A stretch of 59,595 bases of DNA, counting the filler, from Basidiobolus ranarum (Eukaryota), in the NCBI GenBank assembly GCA_040143965.1. It is 10 parts of 10 records of this genome, joined end to end, with 100 filler letters (N's around TTAATTAATTAA, not from the genome) between each part and the next. Parts side by side here need not be neighbours in the genome. Positions count along the whole stretch, not along the records: positions 1 to 5,882 come from JASJQH010008350.1; positions 5,983 to 11,862 come from JASJQH010008351.1; positions 11,963 to 17,840 come from JASJQH010008352.1; 7 more parts are not named here. One strand, 5' to 3'. Below the pieces are notes generated by a model that saw nothing but the letters and a program-made list of their open reading frames with translations, ran no database searches and had not been told where the DNA came from. The translations under genes and the position numbers were made by a program. Below are positions 1 through 13,436 of this stretch, in pieces. Numbering within the stretch: position 1 is the stretch's first letter; the number at the start of each line of letters is the position of its first letter.

Positions 1-2977
1 GAAGCCTTATCTAAACATGAAATAGAAGAGCTTCTACATTCGTACAAATACTTTGAATCTTAAACTGAACACACCAGTCGTGTCAAACCGCAATGAGCTA
101 GATAAAGACTACTTTTAATCACTAAAGATTCGTTCCAGATCTTTTGGTTATTTTCCTTCTTCGTCTTTGCAGTTAATTCTTGAACCGGTTGTCTTCTGTG
201 TATATGGGTAATAGCGAATATGTTTTTATCGGTTGATTCACGTCGCCATAAAATAAGTAGATATTCATGTGTAGATTCCCACATACTTGGCCTTATCGTT
301 TGGTAATGTAACTATCAACACGAAGGGGCACTGGGATGATTTACCTTTGGGGACAAGGGTGTGTATGGATATGATTTGAAATTGAACTGGAATGAATTTT
401 TCCAAAAATTGCTAGTTGATTAGATGCTCTAAGATATGATGATGGTACTGGTTTGTCAGTATGGTTAAAGTAAGTCCAAATCAATCTAATGTTTAGCCTG
501 CTCTTGTTGCTGATGGTAGCAATAAATTATGGTCAGAGTAAACCGATTTCATAGCTTATGCGTCATCTCATCTCATATATGAATGACTACTACATGAGAT
601 TAAATATCATTTGGTCATCACTATCTCACAATTTGATGCAATATTGAAACCATGCCTCATGTATTCGGAATATGGACCCTCGAAATCTAACTCAACATCA
701 AACTCTTGGTTCATGTAAGAGATGATTATAGCCTATTCCTGTAATCTGCCACGATCCCACTCCAAAATGGAGACTTGACCATTACGATGAGCATAGAATT
801 CCAGTTCATTCTTCTTTCACTGATGACTATGTGTTCTCATTAGACTCCAGTAGAAATCTCTGAGATGGTGTGGTTCTGAACTTTGAAAAGACATTCAAAA
901 CTGCCTTCATAGGGGAACTTTTTTAAGGGTTTTCCATAAAGATGATCGAAAGATGTTTCAGGCCAAGTCAATCTATTCTGCCTGTTACTTCCATAAAAGA
1001 CACGCTATTTAAAATGCAAACCTTATCCACCACCATGCCATTTCAGATAGTTATTTTGTTCAGGTATAGTTTGGCAACAGAGTTCATTCATGGCATTCTT
1101 CCCAATGTGCCGCGAGGTCACGTAGCGTTAGAAGTATCATGTACTACTCCTGCTCTACTGCATACTTTATGCAGCCTCCAGTAGCCGACCTAATTGCATA
1201 CAAGTGGGGAAGTTAGAATTTTGGATGCATATCATCCTGTAGCAATAACCTAGTTATTCTCAGCTAGAAAGAGTAATTAATTACATCCATGTACTAATCT
1301 GGAGATGTGGATTTGAATATCAACATATAAGTATTATCCGTACACGGGTAACATAGAATGATATGAATGGCATAAATTAACTCCTGGCCAGGTAGGATTT
1401 CAAAAACACCTACTTGATATTGGTATATAGTTCCGGTGCTGTCTGGTATTAGGCTTGATCAGATTCGATCTTATTTGATAGATTGAGCCAAGGTTCAATA
1501 CAACACCGATTGTAATCTACTGTTGCGTATTTCTGAGATGTCACTGCAAGGGTGCATGACTACGAGGTCCGTTTCTGTGGGATAACTGCCCAAGAAGCAT
1601 ACCTAATATACGTACTAAAGGTAGTAAATAGAATGCATGGAGATGAAAAGCGGTCTTGTCAAGATGGGCATTCAGATAACTGACCAAGCTATGGCTGATT
1701 TAAGCAGGCCAGTGATCGGAGAATTCTTGGGTAAGATTGATAGCCTGCCTTGGCATCAGCCCTGCCTATTAAGGATAGATGTGCATCCATTCCTGGTCCA
1801 TACGATTAATCGTAAAAACCTCAGCTTCGGTACCCGGATGAAACCCATGATTCACTTGGATATTTGGTTAATATTGCTAATGAAAAGTAATTGTGTAAGG
1901 ATGTAAGATATGGATGGGTACTGAAAATCACCATTACCAACCTATATAGCCCAACCCTAATATTCACAGTGCCAAATAGATCAATCCATTCCGACAATAT
2001 CCGCAGCATTGAGATTTTCACCAAATCCTGTGCAAAGCATTGAGACGATCGGTGGAAACATAACCATCAGCCGTAAGAAAGAGTGGCTATTGCTTGGTGC
2101 TTCCCTCCTTGATGTGTTTGACGATCGAAATGCAAGGACCGTCGAAGATTCGTATTAGAAAGCGGATGTTGGACAACACTAAACTAATGGCACTAGTCAC
2201 AGCTGCAGTGTTCTAATGCAAGCTCGAATCTTTCAAATACTAACTCTTCCTACATTCCCCCAACAACGACGATACCCAATAGGCGTCCCATAAATGTCAT
2301 TCGACTGATATGGACGAAACAGGTCTTAGCGTGTAACCTATGAGTCTTCACCTCTCTATTTATGCATTGAATACGTCAAGAATCGGTTAGTTGAGTGAGT
2401 GGTTCCTTATGGTAAGCGGTGAATATTTGGTAGAGTGGTCATTGCTATTGAGGTTTCACCATCATCAGGCATAAATCATAGTTGTCATGAATCATCGATT
2501 TTCATAGTGGAGATCTAAAAAATCTGATTCGATGTCTCACAGATCTGATCTTTGGTAGGCAGGTTTATTTGAATTTCATTGCTGAGCCAATCCGAGTGGT
2601 TAAGCGGATTTCATTTCTGCCAAAAAAGTATCTTCCCCTGACTAGCGTATTAAAGGGCTATTCAGCTCAACTAGCAATATGTTCTATGCTAGTGATAGGG
2701 GTAAATATGCCTTCCACTGCATGTCTCATGAAGGGTTAGTCGCTTTTTAGTACCAATGGTTGCTGGTATGTGTGGAGAAATAACCGCCCCCTTGATAGCC
2801 TTCTGAATTGAGAAATATCCTGGGTAGTATTATCCAAATGGATGGTTGAATTGGAATTTATTTCTTAACGTGAACATACAGACATTTCAAAAAAATCACT
2901 TTTAGTTACATTGATGGGAGGATAGGCACATAAGCAGGCGTATGGAATTTGGCGCCCGTGGTGAGGTGGTTGTTTCT

Positions 2978-4555
2978 CTAGCCCTGTCGATTCTCGAATT
3001 TGACCCTACCGTAGGGAAGTCGAATGGAGTTTCCAACATCGATGATCTGGAATTTATCTACCATCGTTACATGATAATTACGAATCATGATACTGAGGAC
3101 GGTTTTAATCTCCTGAATGGCAAAGAAGCGTCCTGGGCAAGCAAATCTACCAATACCAAATGGCAGGAAGTCCGCGCCAATCTTGGTTGCTTGTTTGTTC
3201 TTTCCAACAAATCTCCAAGGATCAAATTTCTCGGGATTAGCCCCTTGCCATTCTTCATTGTTGTATATCTCCTCGTGATCCAGGCTCACATGCTGTCCGT
3301 TGGGAACAACCATACCGTTGGCCAGCTTGATATCCTTGAATTCCATATGACGATGTGGTAATGCGAGGTGATCGTCACGGAAGCGGAATGTTTCGCGTAC
3401 AAAGCTGTCTAGTTTCTCCAATTTTCTGATTACATCGGAGGTCCATGTGGTAACAGGGTTGGAAGTATCGGTAATCCCCAACTCCTTGAATACTTCATCT
3501 TGTTCTTTGAGGAGCTCATCTACATACTCTGGGTAGGCAGCGATATAATACAGGGTGAAGTTGGAATTCATCGAAGTGGTATGGATGGAGGCGAAGATTA
3601 GTAGGATCAGTATCACTACAATTTCATGGATGTTAATCTCATTCTCTGGATACATCTCTACCAATGTCTGCAATATATCATCGGGTCTATTCCAAGCGGA
3701 ACCTTGTGATTTCTGCTCTTAAACACGTCTCTCCACTATTGGAGTGACGGCGTTCTCAAGGATATTCCAATGCTTACTAACGGGAGCGGCAATCATATAC
3801 TGAAGTTTTGCCCAATACTTATTTAGTGTTGGGAAATATTTGAACCAGGGATTGCCATTCAGAAGTTGAGCCGTATCCATAGTGAGATTTTTGAAGGATT
3901 CAAGTAGCTCCTTATTCTCGCAAAGCTCCTCCCCGACAAATACTCTAGCACTAGCCTTGGAGATTACATTGAGAAATTTGTAGGTAGGATCGTCCAAGAT
4001 TAGAGGCTCTTTCAGATCACCAAATTGTTCATTGATAAGGGTATCCAAATGGGTGACAACAGTGCCAGTGATATGTCGCAAATTGGGTGTGAGATGCTTG
4101 GTAATTGTTTTGTGTAAGATCTCGTTATATTTCCAAGAATCTTCACCCACAATCATCTCTCCGATGTCGATGTTATCGGAGATAGCACGAAGGAAGCTCA
4201 TATCAGGTCTGAGGGCCACATCACGTACCATATCTTTCCCTACGATTGTAACAATACGACCATTGAGGTTTGCTCGGAAAACTGGACCATATTTGGCCTT
4301 TTGCTTTTTCACCCAACCACTGGGATCTGCATTATATTCCTCGGTACTGCCTTTAATGGGGTTGGTGTAGGGGACCATTGGAGGTAGATTTTTCTGACCT
4401 TGGAAATGGGATTGTGCCAGGTAGACAGCACCAGCAACACCAAGACTCAGGGCGATAGCAGTGGTGGGATTGCTCAGACCTGCGTCATTAATGGTCTGGA
4501 AGACTGTCTCAAAGCCGGTACCATTTGCAACATCGGATAGCGCTTCAACAAACAT
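2978..4555 (-). pseudogene. Intronless cytochrome P450 interrupted by a single in-frame TAA (3719-3721)
   Basis: ORFs 3719-4555 and 2978-3673 share a frame and read ...PIVERRV*EQKSQGSAWNRPDDILQ... Motifs seen: N-terminal hydrophobic anchor, LPP hinge, I-helix FASIHTTS, ExxR (ETFR), PWRF and heme motif FGIGRFACPG. No plausible intron spans the stop. Confidence 0.85.
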
Positions 4556-5882
4556 GTTTATTAGAGAAAGAGTAGGAAATTGGTATGAGGTTCCATGGAT
4601 CTTGGTGAGCCTTTTATAAGAATGGTGAGTTGTCAGTTGTATCTATGAGTCGTCAAATTTGAACACATTCTGCGGATCACACCTGGTCCAGTTGTTCATG
4701 AAGACTCCTGTACTCCGTGATTTCTATTAGCTTGGGATAATCTGGCTCATATATTAGGTTTATAATATTAGAGAGGGTTTGAAGTAGTCGACCTACATCA
4801 TCGCTCATGGTATACTATGATATGTACCTCAGCTAAATCATCTGGAGATAATATTTTGAAGGGTCGGTGTTTTCCAAATAGGATATTGATATGCGTGTCG
4901 CCAAAATCGAATCCTTCGGAAAATCCGACAGGTTTTTCCGAATGGTGTTGGAGAGCCTCTCAAACAGAGTTTTCCCGAGAATTGGAAATTCTTATCAATA
5001 CCCACTTGATATCGGGTTTATAGGATCCAATTGATCTGATAGTCTACTTTAACGCTGGAAAGGGGCAAAGGGTGAAGATCAGGGCCTTAGAGAGGTTCGG
5101 CCTCAATGTGCTGGTGGTTGTCCATTCAAAGTGGCATAAAGGCACCGAGATTGTGTGATCATTCGCGGCGGTGCTGGAAAGCATAGTATTCTCCTGAGGA
5201 TATATTCCATTACATCTTGCATGATATGAAAGTGAGAGGTTGGACGTGTCACGGAGTGGATCAGGCTGAGCGATCAGCAGTGAGCCAAGCAAACCACCGT
5301 TGGTATCTAAGATACCCAATGCTTAAAGCCGATGCAAGCCAATCATGTGGTTGCTCTCTCTTACCTTCATCACTGGTACTAATCACGACAGCCATTCATT
5401 TGATGATGCTGAGTTGAGGATTTGATTCAGTCACTGCCTATATGGTAATGCCTTTCCATATGGAATCCCTCTTTTTCATTGCTTTGGTTAGCTGAAACTG
5501 ACCTATAGCTGGATCTTTCTAGCGATGAACGCAGAGAGGCTGTATATAGAATAAACAATGATTGTGTAAGTGTGTTGTGGGAAGGCTATGTTCTGTGCCA
5601 CATGGGCGATATATATCTTGTGGGCCATGTCGGGTATATTGAAGGCTATAATGCTAGACTTCAGCCGTGCAATGCATTACCCGCAATACTCCCATATTAT
5701 GTATTAGGTATCCGCAGGGTATTCACGTCATGTCAGATTGCTTGTCATGACATGAAATTCCCTTCAATCGGATGCAAATATGCACATGTATCCCAGAATA
5801 CTCAACATTCACCCACTATCATTGGTAACCAAAATGAGCTTGTAGGGCTCAGATTTACGAATATCCAACCCGTATTAAGCAT

Positions 5883-5982
5883 NNNNNNNNNNNNNNNNNN
5901 NNNNNNNNNNNNNNNNNNNNNNNNNNTTAATTAATTAANNNNNNNNNNNNNNNNNNNNNNNNNNNNNNNNNNNNNNNNNNNN
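5883..5982. other. Artificial contig spacer (N44-TTAATTAATTAA-N44)
   Basis: 100-nt spacer with six-frame stop linker; recurs nine times. Confidence 0.98.
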
Positions 5983-6240
5983 AGCTCACTAGGAACACTC
6001 TACTCTTGGCTCCATCCATTCTGGAAAACTCTACTTAGGCCCCATCCCTTCTGGAATTCTCTACACTTGGCTCCATCCTATCTGGAATACTCTCAGGCCT
6101 AGCTTACTAGGAAACTCAGCTTTGTCAACTCCTTGACTTTATCTTTGAATATTATATTCTAACTTGGCTTATTTATTTATTGTCATTGTTTAAATTGATA
6201 AATAAATATTACACCTTCTGGTGTTTATCATCCCCCCTAA
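5983..6240 (+). mobile_element. 3' end of a putative non-LTR element (copy A)
   Basis: Ends AATAAA-tatt-ACACC-ttct-GGTGT-ttat-CAT-CCCCCC-TAA, the same terminal architecture as 7136-7172 and 53520-53567; CpG-free. Confidence 0.55.
5992..6118 (+). repeat. Imperfect ~30-bp tandem repeat (3 full units plus degenerate ones), probably the 3' UTR of a retroelement
   Basis: Units ggaacactctactcttggctccatccattct / ggaaaactctacttaggccccatcccttct / ggaattctctacacttggctccatcctatct / ggaatactct... Confidence 0.75.
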
Positions 6241-6346
6241 GTGATATTTGACTAAGTACTGCTAACTAACTCATATGTGATATATGAAATAGTGAGGTGA
6301 ATAAAGATAGAGATAACAAATATGATAAAGACAATAAACTTCAACA
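6237..6346 (-). mobile_element. Partial Ty1/Copia LTR
   Basis: Reverse complement aligns with 44331-44441 (TGTTGAAGTTTATTGTCTTT...AGTCAAATATCACTTAG), the LTR that follows the Copia polypurine tract; begins with canonical TG. Confidence 0.8.
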
Positions 6347-7172
6347 CAACCTTTATTGGCATTCCATTTACTCCCCCTGGCATTGTTGTGAGGAAACACC
6401 TGTCAATTAGAATTGCCTTGGCTAAACAGGCTGTTCACAAGTTACTTGCAGTTACACCTCCCAATGCATCTTGTCATGAATGCCAAAGACTTCTCAAGCA
6501 GTTTGTGATACCAGTTCTAAAATATAGAGTTCATCTGCTCCCACTCAACAAGATGGACTATTCCAAACTTGACATATATATCAGCTACTGCCTCAGGCTG
6601 CTGATGCCTAACTTGCCTGAGACTCCCTATGATCATGCTCTAAGTGGAACATTTGGATTCTTCCCATATCATATCAGAGTAGTGCTACTGAGGGCTAGAT
6701 TTTACTCCAACCAAATGACTGCAGAAATCCACTGGTCAAGAAGTGGCTAGCCACACCATCTTCAAATTTACTATCATGCTGGAAACTGATACAAGATGAA
6801 CCTCTTGCTTTTGAACTAGCTTTACAACTGCATCAAACAAAACAGCCCAAAATTGTTGCTACTGACTTCCAGATGGATGTTTGGAAGCAACACCTTGCCT
6901 CCAAGACACCTTTTTTGATCCACGTTATTCCAGGTTTTTGTCCTATTGTCCTTTTGGTTTGTACTGAATATCTTCCTTTCTGCTTACCACCTTAACCTCT
7001 TAACACTGTATTTACTTCCTCAGAACTGGATTATATTGGTCACCAAGTAAAGTATGGATATGATCCAGTTTTGTCACAATATCTTAAAAGATTGATGTCC
7101 TGATTGTCACTTTGTTTAGATTGGTATATAAGCTAAATAAAGTCCACACCACCTGGTGCTTTTCATCCCCTA
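6347..7172 (+). mobile_element. Degenerate 3' part of a non-LTR (LINE-like) retrotransposon (copy B)
   Basis: FIGIPFTPPGI..H...RI..A...LLKQFVIPVLKY..L...KL resembles RT subdomain 7 plus thumb of non-LTR ORF2. Frameshifted near 6740 and nearly CpG-free. 7061-7170 matches the reverse complement of 53532-53641 with 5 mismatches in 110 nt. Confidence 0.7.
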
Positions 7173-8098
7173 CTACTGCTTATATACATTTGGTTATATA
7201 TTCAAAACATTACGCCACTGGATAGACCACACTGCGTATTTACAATAGCTTTCTCAGTTACTAACTCTTCACGCTTTTGGTCCACTATTTAGTTTCATTC
7301 AGTGTTAGGGTTTGTTCAGTTACAGCTCGTTCAATCATTTGTCCAGTAAGATCGGTCAGATTAACATACTAAAAAAGCTTCAAACGCTTAATGTTGCCTA
7401 TTACGAACTGTTAGTCAGCTCCTCACAAAGACGAATCAAGATCCAGTGATCTTGGGACGGTCAATTCAGTTTCAGAGTGGGATATTATAACTGCGTATGT
7501 AGGCAAAAGTTCTTTGTCTAACGTAGGCAACTATAAATAGTTTCAAGATAGAGGTCTTAACAACTGAGTCCATATGGAATTTACTGTTGAAACTAAAATC
7601 GATGCTACTCAAACACACATCTCGATTGTGGAATATACAGGAATATCATTTGTTTACTACGTCTTCTCGAAACGAGTTGTGTAACCACCATTGGCAAAAA
7701 TCGTTTGGCCAGTAGTCCAACCCTCGATGGCCAAAAATTTGATAAGTGGAGCGATATCGCTGGTCATTTATAGAACCAGCATTTTCTTCAAGGTAGAAGA
7801 ATGGAGTATCTATGGCCTTAGAGCGATATTGGTTACGGAGATTCTACGACTCCCAAATTCTTTCTGTCTCAAAATGATTATTGAGCATTCCATACTTGGA
7901 ATAAATATGACACAATGTTCCATTGCAATCAAACATTACCATAATTTATTATCTGCTTACTACTTTGATGACATACCATATGAATTCCATAAAAAAAGTT
8001 AAATAGGGCTGAAGAGCTGAGTGAAAGATGCTGTTAACATCTGATTATTAATATTTATTAATGTAATGTATACGAAATCAATATATATGCAAATCGAT

Positions 8099-8605
8099 CT
8101 AGACACTTAAGTCTTCAAGATCTTTAAGCATATGATTGGGACCAGAGATTTTGTAGCTGGATGGTCCAGGCTCTTCAATGTTGAGAACTTTGACAATTCC
8201 ATCATCGACATACATACTGTATCGCAGAGATCTCACTCCTAAACCAGGCATTACCTGAGTCAACCCAATCTTTTCGTGGAATGAGCAGTCACCATCAGAT
8301 ATAACCTCTACTTTATCCTTGATATCATAGTTTTGCGACCAAGCACGCATCACAAATGGATCATTTACAGCGGTACAATAGATGGCATCGACACCCTTCT
8401 CCTTGAATGAATCGTAGTGAAGTCCATATTCAGGAAGATGTTTGTTGCTGCAGATGGTAGTAAAGGCTCCTGGAAGACCAAAAAGGACAACTTTCTTACC
8501 CGCGAACAAATCTTTAACGGAGAGAGTACGCATTTCAGAGCCCTCCTCGGGGAGGGAGGTAAAATGCTCACTGTATGGAATCTGGTCACCTTTTTGGATA
8601 GTCAT
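8099..8605 (-). CDS. Prx5/AHP1-family peroxiredoxin, copy 1, intronless
   Basis: 168 aa; LFAGKKVVLFGLPGAFTTICS (PxxxTxxC), VNDPFVM.AW, SDG, GLGVRS.RYSM.VDDG. Confidence 0.93.
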   Translation of the reverse strand: MTIQKGDQIPYSEHFTSLPEEGSEMRTLSVKDLFAGKKVVLFGLPGAFTTICSNKHLPEYGLHYDSFKEKGVDAIYCTAVNDPFVMRAWSQNYDIKDKVEVISDGDCSFHEKIGLTQVMPGLGVRSLRYSMYVDDGIVKVLNIEEPGPSSYKISGPNHMLKDLEDLSV

Positions 8606-9490
8606 GTTGAATACGGTTTCATTAGCGCTACGTGCCTTTTATATTTCTAACATAATGATAGCTCTTGTTATCTCATTACAACATTAATAATGTTACAGCA
8701 GTCAAGCAACTAATCAATAGCCCGTTCAACTGATTTGGAAGCCACCTTTCACAAACGAATAACTCTCTCTCCGTCTTATCAACATTAATTTTTCTATTAC
8801 TAAGCACTTTGTAAATGCGCTTGCTTGAATCCCAAACAAGCGGTTTGAATAAAATAGAGCTACAACCCATAGCTCATAGCCTATAGCCCAGATCGTATCG
8901 ATTTCAAATCAAATAGATTACTAAAGTTATTTCTGAATTCCAAATTTGAAATATATCGATATACATCCTTACCTACACAATGTTCCCTGGTATCTTTTAT
9001 TTTGTTACCCAGTTGAGATCCTTTTGGACATAAACCTAAACCATCATCTCAGCCATCTTGACTGTCGACTTACTCTTACTTTGGTATTGAAAATGAAAGA
9101 ATTGAGCGTCAATGATTAATATTTAGATGACACAATTGGGATGTAGACTTATTCCCGTATATCACGGCTTAATAACCCTTTTTAGTATCTACTGGCTCTT
9201 GATCAGTATTATCGCTCTATCATATATGTCCATAGGTCGGTTACTTAATAGAGATAGTTAAGGTAATTAAATCTTTACAGGTGACACATGATAATCACTA
9301 ACTAGAGTTAAGCCTGATATGCTAATATTTGATTTTGTATTTCCCGTATTATGCGTCTTTCAATATGGATTCCATAAAAAAACTAAAATAGGTCCAAAGA
9401 ACTGAATGCTAGATACTGATAGAATCGGTTAAATGATATTTATTAATGTAATGTATACACAATATATACACTATACATACGCAAATCTAT

Positions 9491-9997
9491 CTAAACACCC
9501 AATTCTTCAAGATCCTTGAGCATATGATTGGGACCAGAGATTTTGTAGCTGGATGGTCCAGGCTCTTCAATGTTGAGAACTTTGACAACTCCATCATCGA
9601 CATACATACTGTATCGCAAGGATCTCACCCCTAACCCAGGCAACACCTGAGTAAGCCCAATCTTTTCGTGGAATGAGCAGTCACCATCAGATATAACCTC
9701 AATCTTATCCTTGATATCATAGTTTTGCGACCAAGCACGCATCACAAATGGATCATTTACAGCGGTACAATAGATGGCATCGACACCCTTCTCCTTGAAT
9801 GAATCGTAGTGAAGTCCATATTCAGGAAGGTGTTTGTTGCTACATACGGTGGTGAAGGCTCCTGGAAGACCAAAAAGGACAACTTTCTTGCCTGCGAACA
9901 AATCTTTAACGGAGAGAGTACGTATTTCAGAGCCCTCCTCGGGGAGGGAGGTAAAATGCTCACTGTATGGAATCTGGTCACCTTTTTGGATAGTCAT
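9491..9997 (-). CDS. Prx5/AHP1-family peroxiredoxin, copy 2, intronless
   Basis: 168 aa; 7 mostly conservative substitutions versus copy 1; PGAFTTVCS. Confidence 0.93.
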   Translation of the reverse strand: MTIQKGDQIPYSEHFTSLPEEGSEIRTLSVKDLFAGKKVVLFGLPGAFTTVCSNKHLPEYGLHYDSFKEKGVDAIYCTAVNDPFVMRAWSQNYDIKDKIEVISDGDCSFHEKIGLTQVLPGLGVRSLRYSMYVDDGVVKVLNIEEPGPSSYKISGPNHMLKDLEELGV

Positions 9998-10904
9998 GTT
10001 GAATACGGTTTCATTAGCGCTACGTGCCTTTTATATTTCTAACATAATGATAGCTCTTGTTATCTCATTACAACATTAATAATATTACAGCAGTCAATTG
10101 ATTAATTAATTAATGGCCACATAACCCAGATCGTATCGCTTTCGAATCACCACGGATGAATTACTAAATATACATCTTCACTTACATAATGCTTCCATGT
10201 ATGTTGTCTGGTTGAAATACTTCTGGACGTAACCCTAAGCCGCCATCTCTGTCATACTGACTGCCCAATTACTCTTACGTCAAAGATGAAGTGACCTAAC
10301 CTTTACTTTTGTGTCGACGATGAAATGATTGAGCTTTAACAATTAATATTTAAATGACGAAACTGAGATAGGCTTATTACTGTATATTACGACTAAATAT
10401 CACAAATTACTCTTTTATGTATCTACTGACCCTTTATCAATCCATCATAATGGGTTGGTTGCCTAATGGAGATAGTTGAGATGTTTTTTTCAATCAAATT
10501 TGGGCATAGCAGTATTACGTTGACAGGATGTGATATATGAAAAGCATTTACTAGAGTTAAACATGATAGACTTATACAAGACTCTTTTCCCTCTTGGCAT
10601 AGACCCTTAGGATATGAAGATCAGATATGAAAATGAAAACCACGTAATGACGATTTAGATTTGTTCAACGATCGACCTGTTGGCTCTAACAATGATCGAT
10701 CAACAAACATATGTGACAATAGAGCACCAAACATGGAACTCTGAAATGGCACTATGGTGACTAACTTCTATATGCATAGTCAAGAGACACTAAATTATAC
10801 ATTGGTTTACGCAATCCATTGTAGAGGTAGAGTTTACATCATTTGTAAACTGATTTATTCCACAAAGAATCTGATAGATGAAAATTAACCATCCATCCCT
10901 AAAC

Positions 10905-11050
10905 GGAAGATGTTCCAAAATAATCAATCACAAGGAAGATACTAGAATTTATGAGAATGTTCGCGATATTAATGCTAGAATTATCGAGAATATTCATCAT
11001 ATTTAGGAATTACATTATAAAAAGAGGCAAATCCTGACCACGAATATTCA
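10905..11050 (+). promoter_or_regulatory. Heat-shock elements and TATA box of Hsp70
   Basis: nGAAnnTTCn at ~10954 (aGAAtgTTCg), ~10987 (aGAAtaTTCa) and ~11041 (cGAAtaTTCa); TATAAAA at 11016-11022. Confidence 0.7.
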
Positions 11051-11112
11051 ATTATCCTTGTTTCATAGAATACTCCTGACTATATATATATACACGATAA
11101 AATCTACAACAA

Positions 11113-11862
11113 ATGTCTAAAGCTGTCGGAATTGATTTAGGCACCACATACTCTTGTGTTGGTGTATGGCAAAATGATCGTGTTGAGATCATTGCCAACG
11201 ACCAAGGTAATAGAACTACTCCATCCTACGTTGCTTTCAATGACTCTGAACGCCTTATCGGTGATGCAGCCAAGAACCAAGTGGCTATGAACCCTACCAA
11301 CAGTGTTTTCGATGCTAAACGTCTCATCGGTCGCCGTTATAACGACAACGAAGTTCAATCAGATATGAAGCACTGGCCTTTCAAGGTTGTCGATAAAGAG
11401 AGCAAACCTCTGATACAAGTCGAATACAAAGGTGAAACTAAGACCTTCACTCCTGAAGAAATCTCTTCCATGATTTTGTTAAAGATGAAGGAAACTGCTG
11501 AAGCTTATTTAGGTAGTGAAGTCAAAAACGCTGTTGTCACAGTCCCAGCCTACTTTAATGATTCTCAGCGTCAAGCCACTAAGGATGCTGGTGCTATTGC
11601 TGGTATGAACATTCTTCGTATCATCAATGAGCCCACTGCTGCCGCCATTGCCTACGGCCTTGACCAAAAATCCAGTGGTGAGAAGAATGTTCTCATCTTC
11701 GACCTTGGCGGTGGTACTTTCGATGTGTCCCTCTTGACCATTGAAGATGGTATTTTCGAAGTCAAGGCCACTGCTGGTGATACTCACTTAGGTGGAGAAG
11801 ATTTTGATAATCGCCTAGTCAGTCACTTTGCTCAAGAGTTCAAACGTAAAAATAAGAAGGAT
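11113..11862 (+). CDS. HSP70: Cytosolic Hsp70 (SSA-type), 5' part, truncated by contig end
   Basis: [57 protein letters not shown]; no targeting peptide. Confidence 0.97.
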
Positions 11863-11962
11863 NNNNNNNNNNNNNNNNNNNNNNNNNNNNNNNNNNNNNN
11901 NNNNNNTTAATTAATTAANNNNNNNNNNNNNNNNNNNNNNNNNNNNNNNNNNNNNNNNNNNN
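11863..11962. other. Artificial contig spacer
   Basis: N-run with TTAATTAATTAA. Confidence 0.98.

Positions 11963-13436
<1,474 letters not shown>

Noticed and set aside
700-2100. Possible decayed gene on the minus strand
   Set aside because: Stop density is close to random and I could not recognise any motif
5992-6118. CRISPR-like array
   Set aside because: Degenerate head-to-tail units with no unique spacers, in a eukaryotic context with no cas genes
6211-6241. Helitron 3' end (hairpin plus CTRR)
   Set aside because: Not followed by the expected T, the stem is only 4-5 bp, and the related terminus follows an RT-like ORF
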